The notes under the pieces were generated by a model. It did no database searches. It worked only from the letters and a program-made list of their open reading frames with translations, and had not been told where the DNA came from. Source: Novakomyces olei (lineage: Eukaryota). Taken from it: a DNA stretch of 64,000 nucleotides. The translations under genes and the position numbers were made by a program. The DNA lies in contig JADEYG010000015.1 in assembly GCA_016906335.1 (NCBI GenBank), positions 1 to 64,000 on the forward strand, in the 5' to 3' direction. Shown one piece after another: positions 58,650-64,000 of the stretch; the stretch's first letter is position 1, and each line of letters begins with the position of its first letter.

Positions 58650-60817
58650 ATGGAGGAATCAAGCTGCCTTATCTGCCGCAAACGAAAAGTGAGTCTGAAC
58701 GCGTTTTCCTTGCCTCCACTATGAAATGGCCTTCTATTACTATCTTCGTCTTTTGTCCTAAGTCGCTTTCTCCACTTCGCCTTCCTTTGTCTTTGTTTCT
58801 GTTTTGTATTCGCTTGTTTTTTGAACAGGCTCTGACTCTGATCAATTCTAACTTGTAGATAAAATGCGATCGCACTCCCGGCTCGTGCCTTGCCTGCAGC
58901 AAGTTTGGTGAACGTTGTGTTTATAGCGCTGCAAGGCCACACATCACAGCACGACCCAGCTGGACTGACTCGTCAACTACACAAGCAGGTTTAAAAAGGC
59001 GCAGGGTGTTGGCGTCATGTACATCTTGTAAACGAGCCAAGGCCAAATGCTCGGGGGACTCGCCTTGTGCCCGGTGCGAATCAAAAAGCATTTCATGTAA
59101 TTATTTAAATATTGAAGTAGCCGCTAGCGACGGCGGCAATACCATTCCAGCTAGATATGCCTGGTTATTCTCGCGTGATTTACCTTTGGCAGATCGAGTG
59201 AGGGAACTTGTTGATACTTTTTTTGCGCGTGTTCATAATGTACGCTGCCTCGGGTTTATACACCCGCCTTCTTTTATCGAAAGGCTCCAGCACGGGACGG
59301 TAAACAGTGCACTTTTGTACATAGTATGCGCACTCGCAGCACCTTTTGTGGCGGCCGAATTTGACGCTTTTGATTCTCAGTATCAGAGTATTACAGCTGG
59401 CAAAGATTGGGCTGAAATAGCATTACAGCAATGTGTTTTTGATAACTTTGGAGACAGCAGCATTGAGAAATTGGAGACGGAAATTTTATTACACGAATAT
59501 TTTCTCCGTGTCGGAGAGTACGGCAAGGCTTTCTGCTTGTCTGGGCTCGTCGCTCGACATTTGCAGGTGCTGCAACTTAGCATCGAGGCAGATCATGATG
59601 TTTTATGCCTTAAATCCAGCAAGGTTGCTTGGATTGCAAAAGAGAGCAGGCGGAGGCTCGCTTGGACGTGTTATCTAATGGATGCTTTCATTGAGTGTGG
59701 AATTGATCAGCTTTGTTTCGTTTCCAGTCAACATATACACGTCCAATTACCTTGTCGTGAAGAATTTTTCATCGCTAATGTACCCTGCGTGACGGAGATG
59801 CTCTCTGCCGGCAAAATCTTACCTTTTTTAGACGCAGGCAGTAAAGGTAGTAGTTTTTCATCAACTGCAGCATGCTGGAGTCAAAATTTGGACATGAGAG
59901 CCTTGTACATACGTGCAATGGCGCTGAGATCAAGGATATTAAAGTACGTTAAACATTTGGAAGCCGAAGTGCCCTGGAACGCGACTTCGGGGTTTAAAGC
60001 GCTAAAAATGGAACTTTTATCGCTTGAATCTTCGATTCCGGATGTGTATAAAATGAATCGGGAAAACACAGATCTTTACAAGTCACTGAACCGGTTGAAC
60101 CTTTATTTTGGTCTTCATATTCTCATTGCACAAACATTTAACGACCTTTACCGTATTGGAGTCGCCAGACTTGTTCATCCGGATTTTGCAACCAGATGGA
60201 TCCGTGATAATTGCCCATTTTCGTTTGCGTTAGAATGTCATCGCACGTGTGCCGGTAAGGCTGTTTATATTGCTCGATTACTACGCGAACTGTTCCACTG
60301 TCATCGGCCTAGTTTCGTCGACACGCCTTTTGCTCTTCATATTCAATTATGCAGCAATGTTCTGGTTACAACAGTAGATTCCTGGCGCGGATGGGGGCCG
60401 TCATTAACTGCGGACGGCTGCAAGACGGAGGAAGACTCTTACGAATTGTACCAAAGTTTATTGGAAAATAATGTGGAAATGATAAAGTACTTGCAAAAGT
60501 ACCTTAAAGCCGACTTGTACTATGAATCCGTGACGCAAGCATTACTCCATTTTAATCGGACGTATCAAAAGCTATCCGCGTCCGGGAACGATAAAAAAGC
60601 TGTTGCCAATAAAGAAACAGCAAGCAATAATGGCACACTTAAAGAACGGCCGGGCAGTTGCCCGCCTCAGTTCTCTTTGGAATACATTCTAAATCCTTTG
60701 GGAACGTTGCCGATGGCACAGCAAGAAGCAAGTGAAAAGAACATGCTAGAATCGAGTGACGAGACTGAACAGCCGCCGCCGCTGAAGGGGATCGTAGTCG
60801 CTAACGGCATCGGCTAG
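58650..60817 (+). CDS. Transcription factor with two tandem Zn2Cys6 clusters and a fungal TF domain; intron 58689-58858
   Basis: Exon 1 MEESSCLICRKRK spliced (GTGAGT...CTAAC...TAG) to IKCDRTPGSCLACSKFGERC, in frame with a second cluster CTSCKRAKAKCSGDSPCARC; ESRRRLAW motif. Confidence 0.88.
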
Positions 60818-61670
60818 AATTCAGTGCTAGATCAAATTACGGATTGGGTATCGTTCATACCCGATCAAGGATACCCCACATTTCTAGAACATGAGGTTCG
60901 TCGTGTAGAAGGTGGTTTGTGAGCGAATTGTTATGATGCCTATTAGTATTAGGATGGCGATATTTTTAAGTGGGTAGATGTCAAATTGCGTTTTATAAAT
61001 CGGTAAACCCCCATTTAAACGGTGCACAGCCAATACTCGAATCGTGCAACCCGCACACACATTGTACTTGACACAATGCGTCAGCGATCACACCTACTTT
61101 GACTAATGAAATCAATAAACTGCACACGTTCCCTTGGTTTTCTGGTCTGGTCTGATTTTTGTAGACCTCTTTGGCGGCTTGAAGGTGGGACAATGGGTAG
61201 GAAGCAGACTAGTCTATAAAGCTCTATTGAAGATCAAGCCTTGCAGTTATCGGCTAAGGACTAACAAAGCGTGGCTCTTCAATGCCAGCGTCGAAAGGGC
61301 AAAGTCCATAGGTCAGCAGCTGAGAAGGTGCATTACCTAAAAGGGAGATTGTTCATCTTGGTACTGTATAGAGGTCAAGGGCTAATCCAACGATAGCTTG
61401 TGTAAAACCCGTGTTAAATTATCACGATAAACCCTATATTAAACAAAAATCAAGCAGCCATGAGAGCGCCATAATATAGCAGATCAATAGCAATATTTGT
61501 ATGCAAGTATAGGCCATAAATTAAATCAAATATTTATTCAGCAGTTTATACGGCAGTGTGTGCACTAGAACGCGTGGCATCTGGCCCATTTAGTCTGGGC
61601 TGTGTACGAAGCGCGGCGACAAAGTCTCTCAATATCGTCGGCATACTGTGCGGTATTGGACGTGTCGCGA

Positions 61671-62495
61671 ATGGTTCGCGAACGGGACTACGGGACGAGC
61701 ACAGAGTCGTGGGGCACTCCGGCCGTGACGGTTGTGGACTCTGACAACGCTGTTTTTCTGACAATACCATTGGCTTTTATCTCTACTGCGGGCACGGCCA
61801 GCGTGCAAAAAGTCGCATACCTCCATTATATCGTACACGCTGCGCTTGAAAATGACAAAGTGGAACTGCGCCGGGGCTCGAGTATCTGCGCGCTGGATGA
61901 CGAGATAATCGCGGGCTCGTACAGACTGACGCATCCTGTTGCAAGCGACATTTTATTCCGCCCTGGTCCACAGGGCAAATCGGCCTCTAAGAATATGTCC
62001 GCAACATCCTCCGAATCGACTGTGAGCCGGTCGTCTAGAAGCTCAGTAGGGCAAAACGAGTTTCGGCTTAAAGTACTCGGGCGCGATAGCCTTGGATGCT
62101 TGGTCTCCCATGACAGGGATCCGATTCCACTGGAGGCCTGCCATATTGTGCCATACAGCCTGGGACAGGTGTTTTTGGATCGCTTAACTGATTTCGCGAA
62201 TACAGGAGCGAGCGTTGGGCTGTACAGTCCGAGGAACGGGCTGACGCTAAACAAAAGCTTACACGCCATGTTTGATCGGTATCAGTTTGGTATCTGGGTT
62301 GAGGACGGGGTATACTATGTGCACTCGTTTTATATGGGCGGGGGCAAGTACCACGGCGAGCGGCTCCGGTGGTTCGTAGACGTCACTGATTCTGAAAAGC
62401 CTGATCCCTGCTTACTGGAATGGCACTACAAGCAGTGTACCATGGCACGGTTCCGGGGATTCAAGGTGCCAATGACAGAGTACGATACCCGCTAA
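61671..62495 (+). CDS. Intronless intact HNH endonuclease family protein, paralogue D
   Basis: RDSLGCLVS, EACHIVPYS, NGLTLNKSLHAMFDRY and WHYKQCTMARFRG. The ATG at 61671 aligns with the start of paralogue B. Confidence 0.88.
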   Translation: MVRERDYGTSTESWGTPAVTVVDSDNAVFLTIPLAFISTAGTASVQKVAYLHYIVHAALENDKVELRRGSSICALDDEIIAGSYRLTHPVASDILFRPGPQGKSASKNMSATSSESTVSRSSRSSVGQNEFRLKVLGRDSLGCLVSHDRDPIPLEACHIVPYSLGQVFLDRLTDFANTGASVGLYSPRNGLTLNKSLHAMFDRYQFGIWVEDGVYYVHSFYMGGGKYHGERLRWFVDVTDSEKPDPCLLEWHYKQCTMARFRGFKVPMTEYDTR

Positions 62496-64000
62496 CGCTC
62501 CCTCGCTGACTGTGTGTACAAGGGCACGCTGACCTGATGACATACGGCTCTGATATACTCTTGTATGGGCACACCGTAGAATTGGTCTTGCTTGTTTAGC
62601 AGTAGGCAAACCATTTATCCAGAGTCAAGCTTTTCTTGTATACTTATCCACCTCGATTTGACGCTACAAGAAATTGCCTGGCACTATTAAGCTGGACTAA
62701 TATTATAATCGTCAAATGGGCATGAGTCTAGACCGCCAGCTGTGGCTTTGCTAGCAATGCGGCAGCAGGCGGAGATCGTGGATTGGTCGGTTTTGTTCAT
62801 TCGTGATTTGCTGATATTGTCTCGTTTTTCATATGGATCAGGATCATGGTACAAGATCTTACAAATTCTTTGGAAAAGTCTGAAGACGGAAAGTGCAGTC
62901 GTTTGCACTCATGGGCAAGGCAAGGCCATTGTCAGCAATGGCAGACCGTTACCACAGTCAAACGAGGCAGTTTACATTGTAAAAGAGGTCTGTAAAGGCA
63001 AGTCTTGGCCAGTCTTACTGGCAAGGCTCCCTTTGCTCTCGAGTATGAGGTCGAATTGTACGATGAAGAGTCGAGACTGGTTTCGCGGGAGAGCCAGACT
63101 CTGCAGTCTACGAGCGTTAATGTCTGCCTCGTCACTGTGGGCCTGGGCAAAGCAAGATCTATACCTCCAAGCCAGGGACTTTTTGTTACCAGCTCACTGC
63201 TCTATCAAGTGCCTTTACAGGACTGGCTCTTTTGACGCTAGGCATAGAGGCGAAATTGAAACTGACGCTAGTCTTGTCAGCACTACAGTGTCAGATTATT
63301 TGCTGGTACGATGTACAACACAGAGCCCGAGAGGAGGCTCGATTAGTACGCTGCCGAATAAGCTAATGCGCGAATTGCGTTACTGTCTTGAATGGTACCA
63401 GATTGGATTAAACGTGCATGTTTTTACAGTTACTCTACATATACATAGACATAATTTTAATAGTACAGCATTATAAATAGACAAAAAATCATATTTGAAT
63501 TATAAAGTGATTGTTCAGGTCCCCCTGACTAACCCTGGCACTTGACAGCGCTCTTAAACCCTCAAATGCCAAGCAGCAATAAGGTGTATTATGGTATAAT
63601 TTGATTACATTTACTGTACATTTTTTGTCACATATTGTATGTTTATACGTATCTTGACCGCCTCAATATGTCCAGTCAATTATAGCTATAATATTCTTAT
63701 TATATTATTGACTATTTGTATTTAAAGTGCGCAAAATAAAATCACAGAACGCGATTAGTGCTATTACTTGTTTGGAACACAGAGAACGAAAACGTGCCTT
63801 AATACATTAGACTGACCAATCACATACGGCCCTAAAATTGATATATCGGCCAAACAGGTCGATCGTCACGAAAACAGGATCTGCCTCAATTTCGAGTGTC
63901 GGCACCGACGATTATGAACACGAAAACAGGACCAGCGTGACTCATTTATGAACTTTTACACGTTTTCGAAACAAATAGTGGGGTAATGAAAGGGGTAATG

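Noticed and set aside
62742-63476. 244-aa ORF, or a sixth HNH relic (GPGQSK, LEWYQIG fragments)
   Set aside because: No recognisable domain, and similarity to the HNH family is too faint to support.

Overview
Left end of a fungal (yeast-like ascomycete) chromosome: a mixed 6/10-bp telomere tract (1-92), a CATACATTA satellite, and a telomere-linked RecQ helicase (TLH-type) gene split by one frameshift. The helicase's middle region shows a tyrosine-recombinase-like catalytic signature. A family of palindrome/hairpin modules flanks this gene and recurs inward (about 1.6-2.4, 6.9-7.4, 10.6-10.9, 16.5-16.9 and 24.7 kb). Their stems differ between copies but stay self-complementary, and all end at a GAATAT(G/A)T(A/C)TAG-like junction followed by different sequence. 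Next come nested, 5'-truncated LTR retrotransposons, one with a JmjC-like ORF ending on its polypurine tract. Five HNH-nuclease paralogues (intron-containing, intronless and decayed) are spread across the window. The rest is typical subtelomeric cargo: Na+/H+ antiporter, quinone reductase, MpaB-like oxygenase, transporters, a transporter/DUF1445/5-oxoprolinase cluster with a shared palindromic promoter motif, a stand-alone KIX-like protein, transcription factors, an Rds1-like protein and a complete MAL cluster. All calls come from reading motifs by eye; no searches were run.
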